Assembly (NCBI GenBank): GCA_965178125.1
Contig: OZ237754.1
Location: 806,001 to 870,000 of the forward strand
From: Bilabrum cf. latius
Lineage: Eukaryota
Length of the DNA: 64,000 nt
Reading direction: 5' to 3'
Positions 13,148-25,912 of this stretch are shown here, piece after piece. How positions within the stretch are numbered: the first letter of the stretch is position 1; each line of letters starts with the position of its first letter. A program made the translations under genes and the position numbers. Under the pieces are notes generated by a model that saw only the letters and a list, made by a program, of their open reading frames with translations, did no database searches and was not told the origin of the DNA.

Positions 13148-15653
13148 TCACAGCCCGAAGGACGGGTCCTGGGCCGGCTTGAAGAATGCCTCGAGCACCT
13201 GTGCCAGCGCCTCCTGGTCCTGCTTGTGCGCCGGCTGCCCCGCGAGGTTGGTACGCTCCCACGGACCGTCGAAGCTGCTGCCCACGTCGCCCGCGTGGTC
13301 GTACAGCTGCTCCGCGTGCGGGGTGCCGTCCCACGAGCTGCTGTTGGTGGAGCTGCTGAACTCTGCGGATCTCGGGAACAAAGAATCGGAGTGTGTGTGA
13401 GATAGTGGTGGTGGAGGGGGGAGGAGCGGGTCCAAGATGGTCACGTTGGCTAGCAGCAGGGTGCTCCATCTCGGTGGTCGGGGCGAGAACCGGCGTGCGG
13501 CACATGTTGCGTAGTGCATCTGCGGCAACGGCAGTATCGCACATGCCCGAGGACCGGCGGTACTGAGTCATAGCATCATGCAGCTCTCACCTCTCCATTC
13601 GATGTACCTCCACCTGGACGTCCGCACGGAGTATCCCATGTACTCGGTGTCGTACGACTCGCAGTGGTCCGTGTCCCACCACTCGGGGAGGCTCCCGTGG
13701 CTTGGGTTCTCGGAACAGTGGGGGTACTGCGTGAAGCTCGCGGTGCCGTTAGGGAGGCCACCCAAACGGAGGTGCTCGGCCAGATCCAGCAGCCGCTCGG
13801 GGGCGTCTTGTTCCCTGGCCCTGGCGTCCATCTCGGCCGCGAACGCCTTGGTAGCCGCGTGCTCCAAGGGAACGGAATAGCTCGGGTCCTGGAAGACCCA
13901 CGCCAGCGACGCGCCGTCAAGCTCGTCTTTCTGCGAGGGCTCTGGCCCCTCGATCAGGTCGGCCAGGGTGGCGTACATGTCCACCAGGTTGGCCTTCACG
14001 AGGGTGGCACGGCCCGCGGTCTGGGGATACCAAGGAGCCCTGACTATGAGTGGGACCCTGGCCACTTGTTCCCCGAGCTGTTCCTTCATGTACTGGTTGT
14101 TCTCTCCGATCCTGTACCCGTGGTCACCGTGTATGACCACTGCCGTGTCCTGATCCAGCCCTAGGGCCTCCAGCTCGTCCAAGATGCGGCCCAGCTGCTC
14201 GTCCATCCACGTGATCGAAGAGTAGTACGCGCGCCTGACCTGCGTACGTGCGAGTGAAATCGATCGCTTACAAAGCGGGGGTGGGAGGTGCAAGTGGAAG
14301 CCAATGAATCGCGGGCTGTGTTTATGATATGCGGCATCTCATAGAGGCAGATGGCGTGTAGGTGGTGGGAGCAGGAGCAGTCGGTGCAGCACCTCTCACG
14401 GTCTGCTGGATGTGGAGCGGTACGGTGATGTCCGTGAAATTGGGCGCGTATATCTCGTTGGGCAGGGTGGGCACGGTAAAGTTGTTGTACTTGTAATGGC
14501 CCTGCCTGTGGTAGGCGATGGGGGGGTAGCCCTCGCTGATGCCCTGGTACTTGGCTGGCACGATGTGGCTGCTGTCGTTGGCTGGTCCGTACATGTCCCA
14601 GATCCGCTGGGGAACACGGAGGGGGACGTGGGGACGGGCGAAGCCCGCAAAGATGGCGAAGGGCTTGCCCGCGTCGTGCGCTTTGTGCAGCGCCTCGATC
14701 GTGTGGTTGGCCAGCCTGTGGTCATAAAACGAGTCGTCGGGCAGGTCAAGCACGCACCACGTGTCGATCTCTGAGGCGGACGCGCCGCCGGCTTTGCTGC
14801 CCTTGGCGTGGTTAGGGCAGTGGCCGTCCCCCTCCACGTAGTAGGAGAAGTCGAAATACTGCAAAAAGGCATTGTCCCAACTCTTGTCACCATCGAAGTC
14901 CTTGGGGCAGTGGGGGTGGAACGTCTTCCTGAGAGCAAGAGGTCAAAGCGAAGTGAGGCAATCAAGCGCATGCTTTGAGGGACCGAAAGAATGCAATTCA
15001 TGAAGGCCTATTCGAAATGGCCATGGTAGATCTGGCGCTGATCCAGTGCTGCTCGTCTCACCCTCCCCCGATCGTGATGCGATTTGCCTCGTCCTTAAAA
15101 TACCCAGGCATCGTGCGCCAGGACTGAGGATCGCCCTTGCCATCGATCCGAAAGTTAACGGAGCCCGAGTTGTGCCATACCCGGGTCTTTGCTGGCCGTC
15201 GGCCAGTCATGAAGGAGCTGCGAGGTAGATCGCGGTGCAATAGCATACTTTCGCATTCGATCTTGCTTGCACACACGGTCCGGCCCTCTTTGCAGAACAC
15301 CTTACCTACGCGCCGGATCACACACTGGCGCCGCTGTAACTGCGCTCTTGAATGAGAGACCTGTTTGTGCGAGCTTGTCGAGGTTGGGTGTTTGCAGGAT
15401 CGTATCGCCATCCTGTAGCCAAGACGCGATCTCCGCCCGAAAGTCATCCGCAATTAAATACAAGCTGCAGAGAAATGGGCGGATAGTAAGCGGGGCGGGA
15501 TCCGCGCATGCAGTGAATACTGCAGCGAGTTACAGTCGGATCGAGTACCGGTGCCGCAGCCTTGGCTCACACGTTCCGGGGCGCAGCAGCAGCCCGAGTC
15601 GTGAGGACGCATGCTATCATGCTTGCAGCAGCGACCGTTGCAGATATTCGCAT
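13148..15653 (-). CDS. Secreted sulfatase, iduronate-2-sulfatase-like, multi-exon
   Basis: Signal-like N-terminus from ATG 15653. Exons encode NVLYLIADDFR, TPNLDKLA, the CxPxR motif CDPAR, SFMTGRRP, GKTFH, GFARPHVP, HGDHGY, RVPLIVRAP and MGYSVRTSRWRY. Several GT-AG introns; TGA stop. Confidence 0.9.
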
Positions 15654-15879
15654 GTCTAGAAACGGACTGAGGCGGTAGAATTGTACCGTGTGACGCGCTC
15701 ATCATGCAACGGGTGGCCGCGCCATCCGGAATCCGGCTCCTGCGGAACCAGCCTGATCTCTGTTCAACTCCTGTCCATCGCACGCAAGGCACGCAAATCC
15801 AAAACGCACACCCGCATTGACATGCAGCACGTAATCTATGCATCTAATCAGTCCTCATGCATGACCCCCCAGCCCCCGT

Positions 15880-18800
15880 TCACTCTGTCAGGTCGTGCAG
15901 CACATGCACCGCCCCTGCACGCCCACCCGTCACCCTGCCCTCCGTACCGCCAGCCGATGATGACCCGGGTCCCGCCTGGGCGATCCCCGCCCCGCTGGCG
16001 ACCCCGAGCGTCGACCGATGAACCCTCACGAACCCCGCGCCGGCCTCCGCCTCGCCCTCGCGGATCGGCCCGCTGCCGCGCTCGTCAAAGTCCTCTTCAT
16101 CTTCCTCTTCCGACCTCGATCCACCGATGGACTTGCGACCGCCCCCGCGCCTGGGCCGCCCTGCACCCGACGAGCCCGAAGGAGAAGATGCCTCACCGCC
16201 GTCCCCCTCGATCGGAGCCGGCATGGGCCGGTAGAGCACGCTGAACTGGCGCCGGGCCCACACTGCCTTGGTGCTGGGTGGCTCGACCCCGCCGGTTTGG
16301 ACACCTCCGTCGGGAGGTCCTTCCAGTTGCGGCGGCTTGCGATTCCATAGGCCCTCGACGAACGTTCCTTGGATGGCGGGCGGGTCCACTGCGACGCCGC
16401 CGCCATCGCCGCCGTGATAGGAGACTGCTGCTGCTGCTGCGGAGGCACCGCCGTCTGCACCACCGTGCGCTGCACCCTCCGCCGCCAGAGGCCGGAAGAA
16501 CTCGTGCATGGCCACGTCCCGCATGCCGCCCGCGCCGCCCCCCAGCCGTTTGCTCGGATCCGTTTCCAGGAGCGCTCCCACCAGTTTCCGCGCGACGTCC
16601 GGGAAATCCTCCGGAAACGCCTCCTCGACCTCCCTGGCCCCGAACCGGACCACCTTCTCCAGCGTCTCCTCCGGGCTCTCTGCCCACAGGGGCGGCTTCC
16701 CTGCCAGCAAGAAGAAGATCAGGCAGCCGAGGGCCCAGGCGTCGGTGGCTGGGCTGGGCCGCCCGCCCCCCCTCACCAGCTCGGGGGCCATGTACCCCGC
16801 TGTTCCCTCCAGCCGGTCCTCTTCATCCGATCCTTTGGCTTGTCCTGCGGAACCGGATGCCTCGCCCTTCGATTGAGACTCCGAATCTGCCGCCTTCGAT
16901 AGTTTCTTCGTCTCACCATGTCCCCCCCCTTGCGCCTCCAGACCCCGATCCGGATCCGATCCGTCCGCACTCGTCACACCCCCATCACTCGTCACACGGA
17001 GACCCAGGTCTGCCTCCCAGCCCCCGTCCCTCAGGTTGGCAAAGACGTCCCCGGCCTCCTCCAGCAGCCTCTGGCCCTTGGGCTCGCAAGGCCTTACGGC
17101 ACCGAAATCGGTGAGCTTCGCGTGACCCGCCCCCGTCAGCAGCACGTTCTCGGGCTTTAGGTCCCCAAAGGCGAAGCCCAGCTCGTGCACGGCCGCCAGC
17201 GCCGCCACCAGCTCCCCCGCGATGTGACGAGCGCAGGCGGGAGAAACCGCCCCGTGGCGCACCACGTGAGAGTGTAGGTCCCCCCGGGTGGCCAGCTCCG
17301 CCACCAGAAACGCCCCCTGCCTGTACCGGAACGAGGCCACGAGTCTGGCCACGCAGGGGTGCTGCACGGCTCTAAGCACCGCCACCTCTCGCCTGACGCT
17401 GGCCTCGTAGCCCATCCGTTTCATCAGCTCGGTGGACACCTGTTTGACGGCGAAGCTGGGCCACTGGGACCTGCCCACCGATGGATTGACCACCATGGCC
17501 TTCTTGACGGTGCTGAACGCCCCTTTGCCCAGCTTCCCTGCGAACACGAGCTGCAGGAACTTCAGGTCGGGCTGCACGGCGGGGGCAGGGCTGAGGGTGC
17601 CGTCGGGCTTCTCGCCGCTCCCTGCCGCCGCCGCCCGTTTTTGTCCGTTGAGTTCCTCCCTGTTCTCCATCCCCGAGGAGATGCTCTCGAGCAAGTGCTC
17701 GAAGAAGGCGAGCAACTCGGCGGAGGGGGCACCCGGCGGTGGGACCCGAGTGGGGCGGGATGGTGCACTGCATGCAGGTGCAGGTGCAGGTGCAGACAGC
17801 GACGAGGAGGAGGAGGAAGCTGAGGCTGAGGACTAGCCATTTGCAGGCGACCCCTTCACTGGCCCGCGCCTTTGCCCATGCCCGGCAGCCGCCTCGGCAG
17901 GTGCCCCTGCCCTAGAGGCGTCCGTGGGCTTGATGGACCCGGAGCCGGAACCACCCTTGCCCCCGTGCGCTGCCACCGCCCAGGGCGCCACCCCCGTGAC
18001 CCCAATCTGGGGACTGACCCCGCTTCCCCCGGGGGTGCCCCCCGGCATCACCGCCACGTACTTGGAGAGGCCAGCGCCACCCCCTGCCTTGCTACCATTG
18101 CTCGGCATCGCACTCGTCACACTGCCAGAGGGCATGGGCACCGCTCGAACGGCAGGGGGTCGGGACGCGCGTACCGACATGCTCGTGTGGTGTGACGAGC
18201 CATCCCGCGTCAACTGCTGATGACCCGGACCACCCGAATGCATCGGCTGCTGCTGCTGCTGCTGCTTGTGCTTTTCCATTTTCTTCTGCTCGGCTCGCTC
18301 CGTGGCCGTGAGGGGCACCTGGGAGCATCGTGAGACTGCTCGGCGCACCGCCGCCAGCCACTGCTCCTCTCCTTCTCCTTCTCCTGCTCCCTCGTCTTCC
18401 TCCTCCTGTGCATCCTACTCTGCTGCCACTGCCGCTGCCGCTGCTACCGTCCCACCGGCGCTTGTCTCCTCCCTCAAGCCTCCGACGCAGGCCGCGCGCA
18501 TCGCCTCCGCCGCCGCCCTCCTCATCTTGCTCGCGCCCGCGTTCCACGAGGGCCTGCCCTCCTGCAGCACCGCGGGGAGCAGCCGGCTGGCGACCATCCC
18601 GGCGGTGGCGCGGTCGCGCTGGAGCCCCTCCACGATTTGTTCCCTGGAGAACAAGCGGAGGGCCCGCTGGGAGATGGACGCGTGCTCGGACAGCATCGCG
18701 CGCTCGAGGACCGGCAGCACGACCGTCCACGCGGAGTGAAGGTCCTTCCGGGGAACAAGGCGGGCGAGCACGGCCTCGGCCGACTGCAGCAGGAACGGCG

Positions 18801-20061
18801 TCTTTTTGCTGGCCCCGTCCTTGGCCTCTGGCACGCACTGCATCAGCCCCGCGAGGCACTCAACGGACATATGGGGGCTCCTCTCGCACGCCGCCAGCAG
18901 GCACCGCGCGAGGTCCTGGTGGTAGAGTGCCAGCATGGCGGTGAGCTCGTTGGCCATGCGGTGTGACGAGTACAGGGGCAGGAGCACCTCGCGGAGGAGG
19001 GGGGGGATGGGGCCCTCGCGAGAACCCCCGGGGGACGACGGGGGACCTACACTCTCCGATGGGGGCAGGCCCAGCAGGATGGACCGGAGCATCCGCAGGA
19101 GCCCGCAGGTCCCGGGGGCGCCGCGAATCGTTGGTTCCGCTGCGTAGTTCCGCAGCGCGGCGCCGATCTGGGCGCGGATCCTGGCCCTCTGGTTCCGGAG
19201 GCACCAGTATCCCCAGCGAAGGTTCGCTTCGGCTTCGGCGACCTCGGGCCCCGAGGCGGCGCCTGCGAGCCTGCGGACGAGAGCGGGGCCCAGAGCGGCC
19301 GGGGCCTCCGCTTCGAAGGCCCCGCGGTCGAACTCGGGGAAATGTCTCGCCAGCCGGCACACCTCCTGCGCCGCCATGCGCCACTCCACCCCCGGGCTGG
19401 GGTCCGCCGGGGGGGGGTCGCACCGGGAGGGGGTCGGCAGCGCGATGCGCTTGGAGGGGCGCTCGTCGCCGCCTGCTGCCATGGGCTGGGCGCCAGGGCC
19501 GGCTGGGCCGTGGCGGCTGCTCACATGTTCGGTGCGTGGTACACGTGAAGGCCCTGCTGGTTTGCTACTCGTGCTGTGCTGTGTTCCGTTGCCAGATGTG
19601 TCCGAGGCAGCTGGGGCAGGTCCAGCCGTGGAGGGCGGGGGCGGCATAGCCTCGCTAGCTCGCGATCCGGGAGCACGAGCCAGCGTACTTTCAATTGTTA
19701 CCTGTACCTTGGTTGCAGATCCTTTCAGCTCGCCTTGCTTGCTCCGGCGTGGCGGCGGACCGATCGAAGCCCACGGACCGGGCAGCGCATTCGGTGGCGG
19801 AGACTGCGCACCATAATACCAAATGGACAGGTGCCTGTAAACATTGGGCGTGAAATCCAACTCTCGTAGCTGAGCTCGCCTTGTCCACACCAAAACATCA
19901 CGTGCGGCCCGTAAATGGTGAGGTTTGATTCCTCCCCTGAGGGGAGCTTGCGGCTTGCCCTTTGGCAGCGAGGAGCTGCGCGAATTTGCGACAGATCCAT
20001 CATTGCCGGTGGCCGCTTGCAGTCTTGCGATCAACACCTGTTCGGTGAGATCGCCCTCCAT
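15880..20061 (-). CDS. Fusion of a PP2A B56(B')-like domain and a PDK1-like AGC Ser/Thr kinase (~1393 aa)
   Basis: Three ORF-track ORFs are in one frame, joined by TAG at 18415 and 17833; TGA stop. B56-like: VLLPLY, LALYHQDLARCL, SEHASISQRALRLF, SWN. Kinase: LGKGAFSTV, FAVK, GDLKPEN, DFG, GTAGYMAPE, DAWALG. Confidence 0.85.
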
Positions 20062-20280
20062 GCGCAAAGGCGAACAATTAACTCAACAGTGTCTGTCCAT
20101 TTGCGGACGCAGAAAGGACTCGGAGCTCCGAATCCACGCCGGCACGATCCAGACCAGCTCGACAACTTTGGTCCGAAAATTAAGATTCTCTTGCTTGCTT
20201 CGTTCGAAGTTGACACGTCGGCGATCTACGTAAAGACAACTTTTCACGTCTCCCAACTGTCAGGTCCAGCGTGGATCTCT

Positions 20281-20383
20281 TTCGCATGTCTGCTGCCCGG
20301 GATTCAGTTCGCAAGTCTGCTGCCCGGGATGCCTTTTGCATGTCTGCTGCAAGGGATTCAGTTCGCAAGTCTGCTGTAAGGGA
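20281..20383. repeat. 27-bp tandem repeat, about 4 imperfect copies, between divergent genes
   Basis: Units resemble TTCGCAWGTCTGCTGCCCGGGATTCAG. Confidence 0.85.
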
Positions 20384-20782
20384 TGTGACCTCCTCCTGAC
20401 TGCCGCCTGCTCGTAACAGACTCGTCATACGCCACTTGGCGATCCGATCACCCGGAGCCGCTCCCAGGATTCTTGCTGACGCTCCGATGCCATCACAATT
20501 CACCAGCTGAACCGACTTGCTCAGCCAATGAAAACCATCGTAAGTGACATTGCAACGCTTGGCAAGCTATCATAACTCCATACGGGGTGCCCAATCATCA
20601 GAACAGAAGCGCAATCCGTGCAGTGCTATCCTTGCCTACTGCTATCCGTCTGTTTGGTCACGCTGCACCGATGGCTCCCACGGAGGGAACGTGGTGCTAC
20701 TGCGGCACATCTTCAACTGCCATGTACCTATGAATGATCAAATATATCAACACGTGCTAGTTTCCGACGTCTCTCGCCGCAG

Positions 20783-22573
20783 GCTGCTGCCCTTCTGCTG
20801 GCTCCAGCAGCGCTATGCGGGTTTGGACACGCGGGCGTGCTGCCACTGCAAAAGACCATCTATGCAGACATCAAGCTTGGCATCCCAACAAAGCCGCTCG
20901 CATTCGGCGATATCGTACACGTGCAGATCAATGCGCAGGGGTGCGAACAGCTGGTGCAGTTTCGCGACAACGGCACAGCCAAGGGTGAGCCCACCGGAAT
21001 GGCCTACAAGCTGTTCGCCGCTGTGCAGGACCCGGTGACCAAGAAGAGTGTGCTCGTGGACCAGAGCAATGCCGTGAGTCAGCCCGTGCTGAACATCACC
21101 AGCGCCGTACCCTCGCCTCAGACCCTGGACTTGTTTGTGGCCGTCACCGGCTCTCCACCACGCGCCGAGGAGCCCCCTCCCGGGATGTTGACTTTGACCC
21201 AGAGCTCCAAATGCCTCGCCAAGAGCGTGCGGGCGGAGCGCGGCATGGCTCCGCATGATCCCTCCATCCCGCTGGTCCAGCGGCCGGGAGGAGATGCCGT
21301 GGATCTGCAGCTTCTCGGGATCTCCGTGCCTGCCGAGCTAGCCAAGACATCCGAGGACGCACCCAACCCTGCCAGCGTGGTTGTGCTGTACCCTCCCAAT
21401 ATGCTGGAAAACAAGATCTCGGTGGTGGGGTACGGTCCGCAGTACGACCGCTGCATCAACTCGCAGGTGTGGTACGAGCTGCAGGGGGTGTACACGCAGG
21501 GCGGAGGCACCAAGCTGTGCTCTGCATCTAGCTCTGACAATGAGTGCGGCACCGTGTCTCTCTGCGAGCAGCCCGCGAGCCTCAAGTCGACTGACCTGAT
21601 CTTCTCGCTGAAGGGCCTCGTCGGCCTGGCCCAATTCGTGGGCATCTTCCCCGCGGTCACCGTGGACTCCGCCCCCAGCCGGTCTCCGGTGGCGCCTGTG
21701 CCCGCCCGAGGCTCTCTGCTGGAGCAGGTGCTGCGGAGCACGGAGATGCCCGACGTGTCCAGATTCGAGTACGCCTCCCTGAAGTACGCCACGGAGCTCT
21801 TCAACATCCAGTACCAGAAGCCGCTGAGTGTGACGTATTCGCTGGATTCCCAGTGCAACAACACGTTCACTGTTGTGCCGGCAAAGGGGGCCGAGTTTGA
21901 CACGCAGATCACGGTGTTCCTCGGTGACACGGTCGTGGCCAAGTCATTCGTGGAGCAGACCCCCACCGCCACGTTCTCTGCTTCTGTGGGCTCGCCCACG
22001 GATCTGGAAGCGGTGGTCTCCATCTTCGGAGGGGCACCCTGGACGGCCATCGCGAACGTCACCATGTATTGGCAAGCCAAGGGGTCATGCGTCAATGACG
22101 ACTCCGCACTGCTCAGGGCCAACAGTCGGCCCGCGGGCAAGGTCATCCGCCAGACCGGACAGATGCCGAGCAGCAGCAGCGATCCCACGGTAGGGGCCAC
22201 TCGGCTGGCTGGCGTATCGTTCGGGGGGGCCTACACGGTGGACGCCACTGCCGCGCCCAGGGAGACGACGCAGATTGCCCTCTTGTCTCCGCGTGTGCAG
22301 GACGATACCACCGTCAACATCACGCAGATGAGCCAGGGGGCCGTGAGCTGCCCCGCCACCGGCAAGCTGCCCTTCTTCAAGTTCGCCAACGTCACTGCCA
22401 ACCGTGGCGCCACGTGCCTGTGCACGGCAGGGCCGGCCGATGCGCCTGCGTGCAGTCAGGTGACTGGGTGCAAGCTGAACAAGGACATGGCATCGTTCGA
22501 GGCCAACGCATTCATGCAAGGGGTGCAGGAGGCCGGGACCGCCGTTGGGCTCAGCTGGGACGCGCGGGTGTGA
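20783..22573 (+). CDS. Cys-containing, probably secreted protein of unknown function (first exon unresolved)
   Basis: Long ORF with G/C-rich third positions after an acceptor-like CGCCGCAG. Begins AAALLLAPAALCG (signal-like) and ends TGA. Confidence 0.7.
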   Translation, partial: AAALLLAPAALCGFGHAGVLPLQKTIYADIKLGIPTKPLAFGDIVHVQINAQGCEQLVQFRDNGTAKGEPTGMAYKLFAAVQDPVTKKSVLVDQSNAVSQPVLNITSAVPSPQTLDLFVAVTGSPPRAEEPPPGMLTLTQSSKCLAKSVRAERGMAPHDPSIPLVQRPGGDAVDLQLLGISVPAELAKTSEDAPNPASVVVLYPPNMLENKISVVGYGPQYDRCINSQVWYELQGVYTQGGGTKLCSASSSDNECGTVSLCEQPASLKSTDLIFSLKGLVGLAQFVGIFPAVTVDSAPSRSPVAPVPARGSLLEQVLRSTEMPDVSRFEYASLKYATELFNIQYQKPLSVTYSLDSQCNNTFTVVPAKGAEFDTQITVFLGDTVVAKSFVEQTPTATFSASVGSPTDLEAVVSIFGGAPWTAIANVTMYWQAKGSCVNDDSALLRANSRPAGKVIRQTGQMPSSSSDPTVGATRLAGVSFGGAYTVDATAAPRETTQIALLSPRVQDDTTVNITQMSQGAVSCPATGKLPFFKFANVTANRGATCLCTAGPADAPACSQVTGCKLNKDMASFEANAFMQGVQEAGTAVGLSWDARV

Positions 22574-23437
22574 GTGCAACAGCCCGGGCTTGGAGGGATG
22601 ATGGCGCGTGCAGGATGCTTTGTACACGGCTTGCGGCTGGTGTTGATCTATTCTTAGGCGCGGGGGTGCACGCATCGTGCCCCTGGCTTCAGATGGACTG
22701 CATCAGTAGCAATCCGGTGTCGGGCGTGTTCTTCCCGCGTGCGATCCCACACAACTTGCTAGCTTCGCTTTGAGTCATACATGCAGTTTAAGACACTCAT
22801 TTCATAAAGTCCTTAGGGTACCAATATGTCCAATCAGTCCGTGAATGTTTAATTTAGTCCGTCCTCAAGTACGGGTCTAGATCTAGGATTCCAGATCTGT
22901 TCCAGATTCAATGAGCGCTATTGCGGCGCAGAAAGAAAGGCTGAAAGGGGTCCTAGAGGCTGCCAGTGGGGGATACGAGACCATGTCACCTGCGGAGGTG
23001 GTAGTCATGAGGCAATCTGTCCGTGTACAGTCAGTGCTCGAGGCGGCCAAGTCCCCCTTCGCCGGAAAAGAGCAGGAACCGGTGCAAGCGAGCGGCGCAA
23101 GGGGGAGCGAGCGGGCCTCATACGGCACGTCTTGGTATGCTGTTGGGGCATTGGGGATCGGAGGTCACTCATCACTCGGATCCTCTGCGTCAAGGCTGGC
23201 GGTGCTGCGACAGTGGGGTGCCACCAGTGACGTGGCTTGGGGGCAGGGGTGGCAGCGGACCTCCAGCGGGATTCGAGGGCATGTCTGCTGCGGGGCTGGA
23301 CCAATGATGGATCAGTGCTTCCATACGTGACCCACAGCAGCGCCAGACTTTGTAAATTGGGGCATTGCGCAGAACGGAACCGGCTGCCACTGCAACTTCA
23401 CTTGACATGTCCCCTGTGCCACTCGTGGTTCCTTTGC

Positions 23438-25844
23438 ATGGATAACGTGGATCCCGTGTCGCAACTACGCGCGGCATGTGAAAGACTTAAAGAAGATGCT
23501 GCATTCGCTGCATAGAATGACTTCTCAATAGGTCAGATGGCAGTGCATGCAGCTGAGTATGCCCTTGCAAATGGGTTCCCAATTCACAAAGCAGCCGACC
23601 TATGTGTAGCCCCCCTGCTTGTTCGAAGAAATCTGGTCGGAGTCAGGTTGTGCTATGCAAATTTCCTCATGGACCACGGTCTCGAAATTGAGGCATGCAA
23701 GGAATTCAAGGAGGCAGCACTTGTATCGCCTTCGCCTTTGCATGGTCTCGCCCTAGATGCACACAGGTCTGCCATGTCACAGGTTGCGCCGAGGTGGCAC
23801 TTTAGAATGATGAATGATTATGAGAGAAATTCGGGCTACCGTATCGCTATCTAGCGGGGGATTCGTTCGGCAGTGAATGCCGGCGAAGCAGTGCTGGCGG
23901 TTGACATCGGAGCTGGTGCCGGGCTTTTGGGGGCATACGCGCTAGATACAAGCCAAGAAACAAGTACAAACTTGCGCTTAGTCGCAATCGAGAGCAGCTC
24001 AGCGCTAGCACATACGTGTCATCGCGCCTTGCAACCCGTATCTCAAGCGAAGGGTGCAGCCTCAGCCGACCTCCGACCTGCCCTCGCGGTAATAAATGCA
24101 GACTCCAGGCGTCTCGATGGGCTACCGAGCGCGGCGTCAGGCGTACTAAGACCGAACGAATCCGCGCCTTCGGGCGAGTCGCCCAGCGGGAGCACAGGCA
24201 GCCACGCCGCCGTGCGAGGCCATCGCGATGATTCCATATAGGCACCTAGTAGTAGTAGTAGTAGCACGAGTAGTAGTGCAAGTGCAAGCGCAAGCGACAG
24301 TGCCAGAGCTAGCCTCCTCTTGAGCGAGGTACTGGACTCCGGATTGCTGGGTGAGGGCGTGCTGTCCACCCTGCGACACGCCGCGGCGACTCTCTGCAAG
24401 GCGGGCCCCGGGTCCTGCCAAGCGGTGCCCGAGCTGGCCGTGATGATGGGCACGCCGGTGGAGTGCAGTGCATTGCGGCGCAGGTCTCGCCTGGTGCTGC
24501 CCCCGGGCTGCAGCTCCTCTCGTTGTGGCACGCTCCCAGCCCCTGTCAGGAGCTACCTCTCCTCCTGTGTTCCCTGCGTGGCAGAGCCCTACTGCTGCGA
24601 TCGGATCGACCTGATGAGCCACACGGCGCTGGGACCGGAGGTGCCGCTGTTCGCCCTTGCCATGGGAGCATGCAGGGAGGAGGCCGTGGGGAGGGCGGAG
24701 CGATACATGGAGGCACGGGGACTTGGCTCCGTGCCTGTCTTTCACATCAGCAGCTGGGTCGATGATGATGGTGACGATGGAAACGGCAAGGAGTCGGAGG
24801 GTGAAGGGCATTGTGCTGGTGGTCTGAGAAGGGGCATGATGGGGCGGGCGACGCTGCCGGTGGAGACGGGTGGCACCGTGGATTGCGTCGTGGCTCGATT
24901 CGAGCTGGTACTGCGGTATGACGAGTGCGAGTACTAGGCCTAGACCTAGGTCTAGATGTTGCCCCAGGGTGCAGATGCAGGGCATGCAGGTGCAAGCTCT
25001 CGTTCGGGTGCCTCTTCAAAGGAACAGCAGGAGGGCCCCATGGAGGGGCCCATCGTGGTCATGTCTGCTCCCAGCCTGCGCGGGAAGAGAGAGGGAGAAG
25101 CAACCGGGGCTACAGATAGGTACCACTCCATGGGTTCTCTGCCTCAGGCTGCCCCCATAGCCTCTCATGCAGCAGGCAGCAGCAGGGGTCCCTCCTCTCC
25201 TGGGCTGCTTGCTTCCGATGACCGAGCTACGTGCGGCAACTGGGACCATTCCCTGTTTTTTCCCGTGGAAGATGCAGATGTAGACGTGAACACTTGGACG
25301 GCGAGACCCGCGCGAGGAAGAAGCAAAGAAAAGGATGAGGAGAAAGCGGGCAGTTTCCCACTCCGCCCCAGCGAGCTGGAGGCTGTTCCCCCGGGGTGCG
25401 CGAGGACTCCCGTCGTAGGCAGCGGCTGCTTCCAGTAGCGTGCAGCTGGAGCGGTCATGCCAGGGGATGATAATTGCTTGCAAGCGAGCCGTGGCGACCG
25501 CGTGCTGGCAAGCTTCGAGCTGACGGGGGACCGGCTGGCCATGCGATGGCGGGTGCAGCGCACCGCAGGTCAGCCGGTGATGCAGGTGCAAGAAAAGGGC
25601 GAGGGTGGGGCATCAGGCAAATCCAAGCAGCGCAAAGAGCCCAAGACAGTCAGCAGTAGCACAGCCTCTTCAGCCGCCCCTATTGCGTCGACAGGCCGCA
25701 TCGTGTCCCGCCAGCTGGCGGTGCTGGACCAGCATGGGATGGCAAGGGCCAACGACTGGCTCATGGAATATGCCAAGGAACAAGGTTGGGGGTCGACAGA
25801 AGGTAGCACAGACGTGGCAATAGCTGATTCCATCATTGTTGCCC

Positions 25845-25912
<68 letters not shown>

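Noticed and set aside
22911-23330. 139-aa plus-strand ORF upstream of PRMT9
   Set aside because: The start looks protein-like, but there is no recognisable motif and no clear splice link to PRMT9. I cannot support it as a gene.
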